Shown: in pieces, positions 37,719-51,541 of the stretch
Layout of the letters: every line of letters starts with the position of its first letter
How positions within the stretch are numbered: the stretch's first letter is position 1
Assembly (NCBI GenBank): GCA_051294905.1
Contig: CM119371.1
Coordinates: 37,078,001 to 37,142,000, forward strand
Direction: 5' to 3'
Length of the DNA stretch: 64,000 nt
Source: Botryllus schlosseri
Lineage: Eukaryota
The notes under the pieces: model-generated
The model's input: only the letters and a program-made list of their open reading frames with translations
Database searches by the model: none
Told to the model about the DNA's origin: nothing
Made by a program: the position numbers and the translations under genes

Positions 37719-39788
37719 CCGCCTTGGTCTCGAGTCAAGTCATTTTACGGATTTGAAAAAATGACTCGAGTCACCAAAATATCTTGACTCGAATCTGTGT
37801 CGAGTCGAGTCAACGCCTGTGATAATATAGTCTTCCCTTTTTTCAGAACAAGCACCGACTTCCGTATTGCGGATGGGATCTGCAACCTTCCGAGTTTCAG
37901 CCTGAAAATCCAACGGCGACAAAGTCCAGCCATAAAAGCCTGCCTTATCTCGGCTCGTCAGGGCTGAGAACGTCGGCAAGATCGAGCGTCTGTTCAGTAC
38001 CAAGTAATTCCGCAGCCGTGTCCGCCCTGGCTGCGTTGAGACTGGCGCAAGCCGAGAAGAAGTACCTCGGTCGGGTTCAAGATGGGATTGTCAGTTGCTT
38101 GTTCCGTGGAAATATTGCAGTCTGCTGATATACAGGCCGGGCCCGCGATGTTCCTGTGTCGGCCGATTGGGCCTGCGACCTAGGCTAGGCAATATCGAGC
38201 ATTTGAGTATCACTAATTATGACATGACGACAGTATGAATGATGTGGAAGGTTCGAGTGTGTACCTTTTATGCGACCATAATAATAGTGTTGCCATATTT
38301 TGGGAACCGGAAAGAAGGAGACTTTTTACAAGCTGAAAATTCGGGATACCGAACCAGAAAAGTGCAGATGCTGCAATTTTATAGGAAATCCTGTTGCGGT
38401 AACTAAAAAAAAGACAGCGTTTCTAATCGGCTCCAAAATGACTAAAAGAATTGATAAGAAAGGTCATTTTTCCGGTCTCGAAAATCCGCCAGAACATCCG
38501 CATTACAAATTATGCGTCATTTATGGCGTTATTTAGTTCTGCCTGTCAAAGCTATAAAGGAGGACGTGTTCCCAAAATGGAGTACATTCCGATCTCCTTA
38601 AAAAGGAGGCCATATGGTAACACTACGTTCTCTTTTGAATGGGTCTGTCCTCTTTGAGAATTTTGGTTGAGATATAGGAAATTTTTGTCAATCAACCGAA
38701 AATCTCATAGAAAACCAGTAAATCGGGATTTGAGCCGGAAAGATGACCTTTTTTTAGTCAACCGACCACGCAGTCGGGAAATGTCCATCATTTCTTCAGG
38801 ATATGACTCCGGTACTTGAAGTCTAAAAATTTTGAAAAAGTGTCCTCTTTTCAGATCCCCAAAATATGGTGACCCCACTACACTATCAGTGAAATAATAC
38901 ATCTACAACGTGGGCAAACGACCTTTTTTTGGACAATTCACCAGCGATCAGACTTTGATGAATAAATTTCCCGTTTATATGTCCTATTTTTGGATACATA
39001 AATATGGGGGCAAAGTTTGTGTCGAACTTGGTAGGGGGTGAAGAGTCGAAAAAGGTTGGGAAACACTGATCTACATTACATTGAAGGTAGTGGGGATTTT
39101 TTAGTTGTTCTTATGTCATTGCACTTAGTGATCACGAATTCACGGATATGTCATTCCTTCTAAGACGGGACTTAGTGCTACATGTCTCGTATGCTACGAT
39201 ACAACCAATCCACGTTTGAAGGCTTCCACGGTGGTAAATTAACTCGAATGGCAAGGATCGTGTGATTTCATTATTTGAAAGAATTGTCTCTCTACTCGAA
39301 TTATTAGGATTAATACTCAATAATGACGCGAGTACACATATTGGACATCACCAAGCTACGAGTCGGGAGTGACAATTTGTGTACATTCTTGAATCCAGCC
39401 ACTGTAGATATAGTGGTTGCGTTTTTTGTCGAAATTTTTATCCCTATAAAGTACTATGTTTCACAGTGCTGGTATTTTTGCTGATTTTGTGCGCGGGAGT
39501 GGGTCAACATTGTTACTTAGTATAGAAGTAATGCAATGAATTCCTACTCATTTATAAGTAAAAGTATTGGTTTTGAGGACCCGTCCAAACTACTGAGAGT
39601 AGAAAGTCAGTATTCAAGGTAATAGTAGCGTGCTGACTTTGGTCTGCAATACTTTGCTGTCATCTGGGTGGATGTGGACAGTGATAAAAAGCGTCTCTTC
39701 GGTTAAACAGAGTCTCTTAATGCATTGTCAGGACAGGATACGAATAATGACAACCTCGTTGTTTGATTTGTTATGATAACGTTGCAAA

Positions 39789-40325
39789 CAGGGTTGTAAT
39801 GACTCGAGTCACGATTTTCGGATGACTCGACTCAGTCATTTTCTAAAAATACGGAAATGACTCGACTCGACTTGAGTCAATCTGTGTATGGACTCGAGTC
39901 ATTGCGCATGACTCAAAGCAAGTCATTGACTCGAGATTCAGACGGCGAAGGCCGACATTTCATTGTAATTTTGAAGCCAACACACTATTGGGATTTCGTT
40001 TGTTGGTACTCGTGCTTGAAAATGCGACCAGAAACTGCTAAAAGTGAGGAAAATTGATATATTATAAATGCGAACCATTCAATATCACCAAACATAGTTT
40101 AAAAAGTGGGTTTAGGAAGACTTTAACTGGAAACTGAGCAGTCAACACAATGACTCGGACTCGAGTCATAATACCATGACTAGGACTCGATCCTCTGTTC
40201 GCTGACTTGGACTCGTAGGCTACTTGACTCGGTAGGAATTGAAAATGACTCGACTTAACTCGAGTCAAAAATATAAAAGTGAGATTGACTGTGACTCGGA
40301 GCCTTGTGACTTGGTTACAACCCTG
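39789..40325. mobile_element. Complete GACTCGAGTC-family MITE
   Basis: TIR CAGGGTTGTAA; TSD GTTGCAAA/GTTGCAAC. Confidence 0.85.
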
Positions 40326-40778
40326 GTTGCAACAACAAAATTGTTTCTGTATTTTGAGATTGTATAACAATGTTACCATATTTTGTAATCGGAAAACCAT
40401 GACACTTTTACAAAATCAGAAAAAGTTAGGTGATCAAGGCTGCAAACGGCGGAATATGTGAAGTTGACAAAAATAAAGTTTATCACTTTCGTTCCACTCA
40501 CGATTTACCCACTTTTTACTTATATTTAATGGTGTTGACTGAAAAAGGACGTTGCTTTCCGTAATGTCCGTATTCGGCGTCATTTCTGCCGATTTTAAGT
40601 CGAACCTTCCCATTATCCTAGCTGTAAAGGAGGACGGATTGGCAAAAAGGAGGACATTTTCAAATACCTGAAATAATAAGGGACAAATCCCCCCGAGGAG
40701 GCCGTATGGTAACCCTATTGTATAACCGTATTTACTGCGACGTACGCTCCTGATGAGAGTTTTTCAAATAGCCTAGAC

Positions 40779-41721
40779 CAGCGGTTCTCAACCGGGGGTC
40801 CGCGGACCCCTGGGGGTCCGTGAAGGATTTTCAGGGGGTCCGCGAAGCCTCTGCCTAATTGCTGCCTAATTGCAGCTACAACTTCATGACTCACATCAAC
40901 ATAATTGCCGTCTATGCAGACTCATTTTAATTGCAAACTTGCCAATAGCCTACTGATAAAAAACATATTGCCGTTCACAGAGGTTTTTTAGGGTGATATA
41001 AATAATCACAATCCCAGACCAACCTTAAGATTGATGAAAATGACTAGGATTGACGTTATATGTTCAATGAATAATCTGAGTCTCAATTTTGGTGATATAT
41101 ATGCTGCGATCATAATCAAATAGGTCGTCGGTGCCCGTTATTGTACCATTCGCTACCACCTATATTTGTGGAAATAAATTTTCGGCACTCGTTCATATCA
41201 AACCGAAGAGTCAGATTTTCCAGACACGACCACGTATTTCAAGAAATGCAGCAACAGAACTCGCTACCGTCAACCCAATTTCCATATAAATAGTGTGATG
41301 TTAATTTTTTGCTATATTTGGCACTAGCCTGCAATTAATATTCGTAAAACACAGATGACGGTTGCACGATAATTGAGCTTGTTTGCGGTATTCATGGTGT
41401 TTGTTGAATACTATATTCATTCACACCAGGTCAATTTTCTTCATTTTTATTCCGTAGCTGCCGACTTAAATCATGACCCACATCTCGGCTTTTATAAGAC
41501 ACCTTTTACACGGATGAGATGGCGAGGAGAAACTTTGATAAACCGCCGAAACATTAGTAGGTATTCTGCAGTAACCGCAACCCAGTGCTGTTGCTGCTGT
41601 TGATTATACCACTACGCTATCCCGCCAAATTGAGCTTAATTTAAACTAAAATTTTTGGGGTCCGCGGGGTCCTTGACGCTCCAAAAGGGGTCCGCGAAGA
41701 CAAAAAGGTTGAGAACCGCTG
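40779..41721. mobile_element. Charlie/Buster-type MITE
   Basis: TIR CAGCGGTTCTCAACC; perfect TSD GCCTAGAC; GGGGTCCGCG subterminal repeats. Confidence 0.92.
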
Positions 41722-42561
41722 GCCTAGACGATATAATTTTGAATATATTTTGTATCTTGACATAAATTTGTTAATGTGGAAATACTCTGTTGACTGAACC
41801 GAACATAACCTCTCAAGTGAGCAGTACAGGTACACTAAAATCTACTAACGTGTTCTGAAAAAGCAGTACTTCGCTATAGGTTACCTCTGAGAAAAATTTT
41901 TGATGCTGATGCTGATGCGGAGAGTCGCAACAGGACTTGTTACGGCCATGTTGCGGTTACCCGATTGTTCTGAATAATGCCGATATTTCAGACATGGAGG
42001 ACGGATTCAGTGCCTGATCATTATTTTAATTTATATTTTCGGAATCGGTGCAACAGTAGCTTTCGATCAAGACCTGATTAAATAATTTCTGCGCTCGGGA
42101 AGATAGCTTTTAGCAAAATTTGATAATGGAATATGTGAAGTTTGAAAGTATTTCCATACCGAGATGGATGACGAAATTTGGCATGACCTTGGTTGTGTTA
42201 TGCAGCTTCGCAGTAAGTTTCAGTGTCGCCACCCAATGATTAGCATAGTAATTCCGTTATCAAAGTCGACAATATATCGGTGCGCGCTGATTTACTCGAT
42301 ACTCGACTCCGACAGCGAAATTACTACGCTAGTCATAAAGCCATAGTCTTGAAACTTTGGTACTGCGCCAGCTAACAGCATCAAAATATACCATATGAAA
42401 TTATGTCACCCAACTCGATATGGAACATAGTTAAAATCAACGAAGAGCAATAGCGACTTTGCCCTTAATTACTGTTGTAAACGGATCGACAATAACAGGG
42501 TCGTCAAAGGTTTCTGGGCGTGACAGTCACGTGATTTTACGAGTGTCCGCACCACCTTTTG

Positions 42562-42819
42562 AGTACACGCTGGTGTAATGGTGATGCGTCCGGCTTCTCG
42601 AGCGGTAGGTCGCGGGTTCGATCCCCGGGCGGGTCATACCAAAGAGTCGAAAATTGGTATCCGCAGCTATCCTGCTAGGCACTCAGCAATCACGGATAGC
42701 ATGGAGGAGAAAAACGGGGGTACAGACTAGATGACCTCACGGCCGTATCGCAACTCCGTCGTCAAAGCATCTCTATGGTACAGCTGAAAAAGAATATCAT
42801 CTCTCTCTCTCTCTCTCTC
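42562..42819 (+). mobile_element. tRNA-derived SINE with a conserved central core (MetaSINE-like) and (CT)n tail
   Basis: A box TGGTGTAATGG (42571), B box GGTTCGATCC (about 42615), core GGTCATACCAAAGA...CCTGCTAGGCACTCAGCA, LINE-like tail. Confidence 0.8.
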
Positions 42820-44196
42820 GTTCATAAAATCTCCAATCCTAACCAAATCCGACAAAATTTCACAAATTATGTATTTTCAAATCCTAATCCTAATCCAAGT
42901 CCATGTGTTTATACAGCTCAGTGATCCATGTACGACATTGTACATTTATAGAATGTAAACGTGGAATGGCAACGACCGATTTTGAAGCTTCGTTCCGCTT
43001 CGCTGAAGCTTCACTCAGACTTATTTTACGGCAACTACTGTAGGATTTCTGGCAATCCAAAAGTTGTCTTCCAGGGCTCAAGATTTACTGAATCTGGTCT
43101 TAATCGAAAGCTACTGTCGCACTGATTCCGAAAATATCAATCAAAATATGGTCAGGCTCCGTACATGAATGAAAAATCACCCTCAACTTCTCAAATCTGC
43201 ATTGTTCAGAACAATTGGATGACCGCAAACAATGGCCATAACATTGACCCATTGCCCTGTTCGATTGTTCGAACAATGCCGATAATTCAGACTTGGAGGG
43301 CGAATTCTAAGTGGTTCAGTCCCTGATTATATATTTTTATTTGCATTTTCGGCGTCAATGTGACTATAGAATGTAAACGTGGAATGGCAACGACCGATTT
43401 TGCAGCTTCGTTCCGCTTCGCTGAAGCTTAACTCAGACTTATTTTACGGCAGCAACTGCAGGATTTCTGGCAATCCAAAAGTGTCTTCCAGAGCGCAGAA
43501 TTTACTGAATCTGGTCTTGATCGAAGGCTACTGTCACAGCGACACCGAAACTATCAATCAAAATATGGTCAGGCTCCGTACTTAAATGAACAATCATCCT
43601 CAACATCTAAAATCGGCATTGTTTAGAACAGCGGTTCTCAACCGGGGGTCCGCGAAGCAATTTCAGGGGGTCCGCGAGACCTCTAAATTTTTAGAATGGT
43701 TGATAACCTAATTTTTTTTTCAATTTGAGAAAGCATGAGGCAGTTTCGCACCACAACTGCTAAAACCTTATGACTCATATCATCATAATAATCGTCTGAC
43801 ATGAACTATCGTAGTGTCAAAATTCATTTTGATTGCCAATTTTCCAATAACCTGCTAATAGAAACATATTGCTGTTTAGAGACGCTTTGTGGGGGGTTTA
43901 TGGAAAAAATAAAAATATGGAGATAGTAACGTCAATCAGGGTGACTTCGTAATGTCTGCGAAACCTTCTCGATTTGAAGTTGTCAGTCTCATCAAATTAG
44001 TGAACAGTGGCTTGAAATAAAAATTTCCAAAGCATTTCCCTAATTTGCCCCATTACCGGAATTGAAACCTCGCCACCAAACCCATTATATCCTGTAATAT
44101 ACAGAACCACTATTTGAACAGCTTCTTGGAGGTACAGAACTTCAATATACTATTGAATAGTATCAGTGGCGGCTCGTGACAATATCGGGTGGTGGG

Positions 44197-44724
44197 TAGG
44201 GCTGGGCAAAATCGAGTACCTGAGTGATTCGATTCTGAATCACGTAAAATGCTTCGAGTCGAGTCGAGTAATCGAGTATCACTCATTATGACGTCATAAC
44301 ATAATGTAATATGTCAAAGTTCAAATACGTACTTTTGATGCGACCATAAAGAATATAATGCATATTATTATCCATCACATTGAAGATACTTTGGTATTTT
44401 TTCAACCATACCGATTTTATTGCACTTTGTGACAATGTTGTGGGATGATCATCACTTCGAAAATGTGCTATTTCCTGTAACGTTCGTAGCTTTGTACTAA
44501 AAAACGACATGTTTCGTATGCTACAATACGGCCAATCAAGGTTTCAAGGCCTCAACAGTGAAAATTAGTATCGAAACTATAATTCTCGTTGATAAATTAA
44601 CTTTCGGTGGCAAGGAGCGTAAAATTTCAGTACTCGGAAAAATCGTATTTTACTACTCGACTCGAATCATTAAAATTAATACTCGATTCAGATTCGAGTA
44701 CTCGAATCATTGTGCCCAGCCCTA
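44197..44724. mobile_element. hAT-type MITE nested near the end of the full-length hAT
   Basis: TIR TAGGGCTGGGCA; perfect TSD GTGGTGGG. Confidence 0.9.
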
Positions 44725-45625
44725 GTGGTGGGGCAAGGGCCGCAAGCGACTTGTTATCAATATGACGTCACAGTAGCGTTTTTCAACGTTCATGATGGCC
44801 ACATGAATTTCCCGTAAACAATGATTTTTAACGTAGGTGCCGCGAGAGGTTTGCCGGTGGCGTGACTTGAAGTGCGGTAACAAATGTTTTATTCATTGTT
44901 TTTTATTCAAATGATTATTTTACAAAATGTACGCGAACTAAGAATCGTTCCCATGCCACGAATCAATCATCAGGTTATCCTTAGTAGCATGCGTTATGAT
45001 TTCGTGGTAGAGATTACGCAAGCGCCGAGTAAGACTATACCAAAAATACACAGACCAACTACCTACAAAGAGCATTCGCATGACACCTTGTGGTGTTTTA
45101 ATCGTTCCATGCTCAGCAATTCTGCAAAGTGCTGCAGCGCCTCCGACCCGATTTGTATATGGATTCTCGTCCCGAAAGCGAGTCAAATCGATTTGCCCTC
45201 GTCCGAAAGTGTTTGGTACACGATCCTGATGCGTTACGACCAGGGGATAGGCAATCAAAGCGGTGGCACCCATAAACGTGTAAAACATTATAAAAAGCCA
45301 GCTGTTATCCATGGAAGATTAATTACGAGTCTGCCTGCCATCATTCAAGCAGGAATCAAAGCATTGTGTTAAATTGAAATGCGAGCACATATCGCATTAA
45401 ACAATTTCATGAATAAATTATTTCATCTTGATGAATTTTTCACTTTTTTTCCATAGCCATAACAAAATATATCGGTAAATTAACTGTCAGTGTGCCTCGA
45501 GTAATAAGGATGAAAACCACTCACTTTTCCTTAGCCATAGACATGGTTGAGTTACCTGGGCTGACTTGATTGAAATTATTCGGAAAGAACATGATGTGTA
45601 CAGTCGTCCGCCCACCAGCATTAAT

Positions 45626-47720
45626 TTATGTCTTGTATAAGTATTGTGCGCGACGTGATTTCTTATTAGCAAAATGTTCAATAACGAGTTTATTGAAATC
45701 TGGAATTCCCAGAACCACGTCGTTGTGAATCGAGAGAACAGCCAACGCATTAAGCCTATCTTGGCCCATCCTGTTTCTGAGAAAGGTCTTGATACGTTTC
45801 AATGTGCCGAAACTGCGCTCGGATTCCGCAGATGAAATCGGGGTGGTCAAAATGATATTCAGAAAGCTAGTTACTGTAGCAAAGTTGATCGAAAGCGAAT
45901 TTTCAACTAGGAATTTTGAAAGTTCACTAGTGGTTTTAATTTCCGAAAAGGATGTGTTAGAATACAAACAAGTCAACTCGCTCTCCAACCGAGCAATGTC
46001 GATCATCGGGTAATAACGAGGCACGCTGCGCAGTAGTCCAGAAGGAAAATGAATTTTGTAGGCAGGGAAATTTCTCGGATTTAACAGGGCGAAAGTAACC
46101 AACTGGTCACTATTCAGACGATGTTGGATTTGGGACATCAGTATATCGCAACATTCGTAAGCCGCAACAAGCAGGTTTTGCACACTTATCCCACGACGTA
46201 AAAGCGCTGTGTCACCAGCGAAGTGTACATTCGCCCGGATATGCGAAATTGCCTCACAAAAATGTGCAATACACAATTGCGCAGTAGTACCATCGGCCAT
46301 ACGCGACTGAAAAGTGCTGTACAGTGTATCGACGTGCATGAAGATGTCACAAAAAAGCTTCAAAAAGAACAAAAATTCTTCGTCTTCCAGGAGTCGTTTA
46401 AGCCCCGCCGCTTCACGTATGGAAGTATCATCCCAGACAGGAGAGCTCTCAATCACTGAGAAGCATTCCAGAAGCTCCACCCTACTCTCTGACACTCGTT
46501 GCACAACTCTGGATTGGAAGTTCCACCGTGTTGATACGCATCTAGGTAACCGGTGCTTGCATATGTCGCGCAATAGATCAGATCGCTTTGGCGAAACAGA
46601 GAAAAAGGAGGAGAACCCTGAAAGATTTGCAAAGAATATCTTGACAGAAGATATTCCTAAGCACATTTTTTTCACTACAAGATTGAGCTGATGCGCGTAG
46701 CAATGCAAAAAATGCGCATGCGGGTAAACTTCTTTCATTAAAACTTGTACGCTATGTCGCGATCCGCTCATGACTGCTGCGCCGTCGTAGGTTTGCGCAA
46801 TAAGTTTCGACTCAACTGAATAGGGCTGTAATGTTTTTTTTTAATACGTAAGAAATTCCGACAGCAGTGCGATCGCCAACAGCCACAAAGCTGTGGAATC
46901 GTTCGACTGGCATACCAAATTTCGTGAACCGAAAAATCACGACTAGTTGTGACAAACACGTAATGTCAGTTGTTTCGTCAGACTGAATAGATAGAAATTC
47001 AGCGTCAACAATCTCGGTAAACAAATGCTGTAGATAGATGTGATATATCGAATCAAGCACATCATTTTGAATAGTCTTTGAGGTACCCTTAGCTACTGTC
47101 GCGGTGTCGAGATGTTCGCGCAAAATGCTATCAATGGAAGCCGTGTATTTAATTAGATCCAAAAATACCCCCCTATTGAGAGAGCATTCCTTCTCATCGT
47201 GGCCTCGAAGGGGCAATTCATGAACTCCAATAAATTTAATGGCATCAATCACCCGAGAGAGAACATGCCTATTCTTATCTACAAGCTCATTGTGCTTGCA
47301 GACTGATACGCGATAACTTTCATTGAGCTGCGACATTACATTTACTCTGCCAAACAATTTATATTTAACTGCACTAGCCATGTGCACTTGGGATTTTTGG
47401 TGCGTTTTCAGACGCTCTGACAAATGCTTCAGATCGCGATAACCAATTTTGTTCCAACAAGAGCCACTGCTTCCGGTACCGGCACTGTCGAATAAAAGAC
47501 AGTAAAAGCAAAACAAGGCGTTTTTATCCTCGCCATAAGTAAGCCATTCATTTTTATCGAAATGCGCTGAAGAAAAGGCACGAGTGCGCTTTCCTCCGGC
47601 GTACGATTGGATCAATGGGCAATTTCTAGGCTGATACGGACCTAGTCGCTTTACCTCTAATTTTTGCTCTAAAGGCAGCTGGCTAAACGGCGTACGGAGC
47701 AAAGATTCAACACGATTCAT
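45626..47720 (-). CDS. hAT transposase, about 697 aa if one extra A in the A9 run (46834-46842) is removed
   Basis: TTF-type zinc finger (WLTY...LFCFYCLLF), LRGHDE, catalytic DETTD / YDGA / SAESERSF, HCYAHQLNL, TRW and the C-terminal dimerisation region (RNRMGQDRLNALAVLSI). Confidence 0.9.
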
Positions 47721-47990
47721 GTTCGCACTTGACCTGACTACTTATCTGCAGAAATGGAAATGACTATAAATCGAGAGATTGCGTATGCCTAACTGGAAAG
47801 GTCAACGAGTTCGGACACATACGCAATTGTTATCTCATAGATTGGACAAGGAAATGTCATATTGAATCCAAAACATCATTCTGAAGAACTACGGATAGCA
47901 GCCTCGGAAATTCGGTCCCGGTACAGCTTGGGAGATTCTGGCCTTGAGGCTGGAGACTGTCACACGACACATACGGCTTACGGTCTATAG

Positions 47991-49204
47991 CAGGGGTCTC
48001 CAACACGCGGCCCGCGGGCCGCATGCGGCCCGCGAGGTCCTATTTTGCGGCCCGCGACCTGATTTGAAAAAAATTCAGAAAAACGCTTCGTAAATCATGT
48101 TGAAACGCTAAAATTGATTTCAGTTGAAACATAATGTTGTTGTTTTTCAAAGTGAGCCATTCTATGTGCCCACTATCACTATTACTCACTAGTTGATACG
48201 GCTTCGGCATGGTAATATCATTCCATGGATGAAGAATTTGCTGGTACGAATGGGCATATTGCCTTGACGTGCAATGGCCCACCACTGCCAAGACCGAGAC
48301 GCCTGCAAAACGACTTCGGGCGCTCCAAAAGACCATGCTTTACGAGGAGATAGTTGTCTAGCAAGTAGGCCTACCGTGTATAGCTAACCCCAATATTGAT
48401 TCTTCAATCCATGGGTGGCCAATCTGCAGCAGTAGAAGGAAAATTATGCGGCTGTCGACACTTGTAATAACAACCCTAAGTTTTCGCAGATAACCCCTGC
48501 ATCAGCTGTATCTGGGAATCTGATCACATTGGCCGAGAAAGGATAAATATTTTATAGTAATATGTGAAACTATACTAATATTTATTGACGAAATTCACTC
48601 ATGAACATGAAAAATTTTTCGCGCTTCGCGCGACTACAGATTGATTCTCTGTGGCTCTTTACAACATGGTTCTCTGTGGCTCTTTACAACATAACTATAC
48701 TAACGATTTGGTGCGCTTAGTAAGCCGATATGTGCATATAGATTAGTTCGGAGTGTACCGGCAATGGACATGGACATGATAACGTGGGTATTTGGCCCCA
48801 GCTAGTTTATCACGACTATAAACCACCGGTATGCGGCCGCAGGCTACATGAGTACGCGAAATGCGGCCGTGAATTACAAAAATGTTGGCCACCCCTGTTT
48901 TAGCGGCTAAAGAGTGTTGTCATTGTCAGGTATCGTGTACAGCTCATAGTCCAAAATATAATGACATTGATGATCATGATACTTTTTGTTGTATTTGTGT
49001 TTGTTCAATAAAATATTAGTTCTTTTGTGGTGACTATAACCGTCGCCTATGTTAGAAAGCACAGCGTTGTAATAACGTAGAGTTATCAGACGTGGTTGTT
49101 GAACTGCGTTGCCTACTTTTATATCGATATTGATGTCATGCGGCCCGCGGCCTCCAGGAATTTGGAAAAGTGGCCCGCGACCTATTTTGAGTTGGCGACC
49201 CCTG
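47991..49204. mobile_element. Charlie/Buster-type MITE upstream of the transposase, with an older nested piece at about 48410-48897
   Basis: TIR CAGGGGTC(T/G)CCAAC; perfect TSD GTCTATAG. Confidence 0.9.
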
Positions 49205-51541
49205 GTCTATAGTGTCTATATGTCTGCTGCAAAATCGCCTTCGGAAAATATATTACCGAATAAATACGTGGATGAAAGCCGAAAACTTGGTACACTGTTA
49301 CATGAAATCATCGAGAAGTATAGCCTCATGACCGTTTTCGGTATGGTACACTGTCAAAATTAATACGAACAGATCAACGCCGAATTTTGCGTAATATTTA
49401 CTGAGGAATCGGCTGATCAAGCGATCAGCTGTTAGCCGCCATCGAAAACGAAACAGCTATCGCGCTTGACAGGGGTTGTAATTGCGAGCAAATGGCCCGA
49501 AGGCCACCATTCCACGGTGAAATTGACATTGGAGAATATAAAATAAAACTAAATATTTGAATGCAAACCGAGGATGTTAGTAAACTGTTTCATGATATCA
49601 TCATCTCATCACCTATCTCAGTATGGAACACAGATACACCGGCTTTTGCGTGAAATCCGCAATGCGTTAGGTAGGCTAAGTGTCAGATCAGCGCACATCT
49701 CTACCATACTCGAACTTAATAACGAAATTGCTGCCCTAATCATTGAGTGTCAACCTTGAGACTTGGCACAGCGTTCGATACTAAAATCAAGACATACCAT
49801 GTAAAAGTTCATGACGGATCTAGCTAAGGAGCATCGTTAAAATCAATGAAGACCAATACCGGCTTTGCGTGAAATATGTTTGCGATACATGACCGATCAG
49901 CACACACTCGACTTTGGAAACGGAATTACTACCCTAAACTTTGAGTAGAAATCCTGAAACTTAGGACAGTGTTAAATACCACCATCACGACATGACATAC
50001 CAAGTTTCAAGAATTATCATGGTGTGAAACACCATCAAAATCGACCTGTACCAGCAACGGTCGACTCAACGCATATCACGGTATCCGAGTTCAGATATAG
50101 ATACGATTGTTACATCACACCTTAGGGGCGAGCAAGCATATTTGCCCCGGTTGCTCGGCCATTTTACGAATAGGAGAGAGTAAAGCAACGTTTCTTAATT
50201 GTGCGCAGCTTTGAGAGAATAGATAGTGAAAGCTTGTTATGAGCGCTACCGGGGCAAGCCCCGGCTAGGCATTCACAAAGCGAAAACACAGAAGAGAATT
50301 CGATATTCGCGGAGACTTCGCTATGTATGGGCATTTGCAAGCGAAAGCACAAGAAGAACGCGGGTTTCGCTGTGATCTCGATATATATTGAGCGCTGTGC
50401 GTCTATAAATGGTTAAATTGTTATTGAACAGAATTTTAGGTGGGGCAATGCCCCAGTTGCCCTATAGGACGAGCCGCCACTGAATAGTATATTCATATTA
50501 AAATGAACCCGAATATTTTCGGCTGACATTCGTCATAAATTGGACAATGATATACCAGCTCTTAAAGCTTGGCTATCAGATTTGGTGCATTCTTATTGCG
50601 GATGCCCTATCGACAAGGCTGGTTTTTTGATAAACAAAGAGTGTTTCGTTGCTATCAAAGAATCATGCTCCAAGCCTGTCATTCATATCACCAGTTATAT
50701 TGGTATGCAGCCTTGTCTTGTTAATGCTTAATTGTTCATGGTCGAAAATGTTTCCTCGTAAATATATATATGTAAACCCAAACAGAACAAGTCGTTTCAT
50801 GACAGTCTTTCTCAGGTTGGAAAACTTGGATCCATTCTTTGGCGCATAACATTTGTCTATACTTTTAGATTAGGATTTCACTTTGACGGTAGAAACTCTC
50901 TGCGGGTCGATCAAAATGCCGTCGCGGGCCGAATCCGACCCGCGGCCCGTATGTTGCCCGTCCCTGCGCTAGATGCTGGGCGTGATATGTTCATAAAATA
51001 TATGTTTCCTCAATTTGGTGCCATAAATGTTGCGACCACACCAAAAGTATCTTCGGAAGCGTTAATATTGCATTAGCCTCCATCTATCTTTGCGGAAATG
51101 GTTTCCGGCACTCCTCGTTCATATCAAAACGAAGACGCGGATTTTCAAGATACGACCACGTACTTCAAGAAATACAGCAGCAAAATTAATAAAATAATAA
51201 AAGGCTACAAATTTCTACATAAATACCATCATGTTATTTTCAAGAATAATTATTATTTTGCTGTTTATCACAAGCCTACAGTTCATATTTGCACAAAACA
51301 GATGAAGGTTGCACCATAATAGAGCTAAAATTGAACTAAAACTTGAGGGGGTCCGCGAAAGTCCGTGACGGTTAAAAGGGGTCCGCGAAGCCAAAAAGGT
51401 TGAGAACCACTGGTTTAGAACAATCGATTGACCGCAAAACAATGACCTTAACAATGGTTGCCGGTAAACTCGGCACTTGGTGAATTCGGCCATTGGTGAA
51501 CTCGGCCATCGGGAAATTTTGTAATAAAGTGTATTAACAGC

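Larger units (their letters stand above)
33336..38128 (+). pseudogene. ACTR10: ACTR10 pseudogene, 3' exons, copy 2
   Basis: Exons 33336-33406 (internal deletion), 34279-34364 (GGTSMLPNFSHRLFSEL; acceptor AG>AA), 34578-34701 (FRVHNT..IVSWLGDSVYASL*TFPHRSITKEYF) and 37847-38128 (NKHRLPYC..., 93 open codons). Confidence 0.88.
44164..50482 (-). mobile_element. Full-length hAT DNA transposon (Tip100/ZMYM1-like transposase)
   Basis: 14-bp TIR CAGTGGCGGCTCGT; perfect 8-bp TSD AATAGTAT; internal transposase. Confidence 0.93.
43629..51412. mobile_element. Charlie/Buster-type MITE (same family as 40779-41721) expanded by nested insertions
   Basis: TIR CAGCGGTTCTCAACC / GGTTGAGAACCACTG; perfect TSD GTTTAGAA. 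Confidence 0.88.

Noticed and set aside
42562..42640. Functional tRNA gene
   Set aside because: No complete acceptor stem; it continues into a SINE core and tail.
44884..45372. Overlapping 162-aa and 124-aa ORFs inside the hAT
   Set aside because: No recognisable motif; likely the 3' non-coding region of the element.
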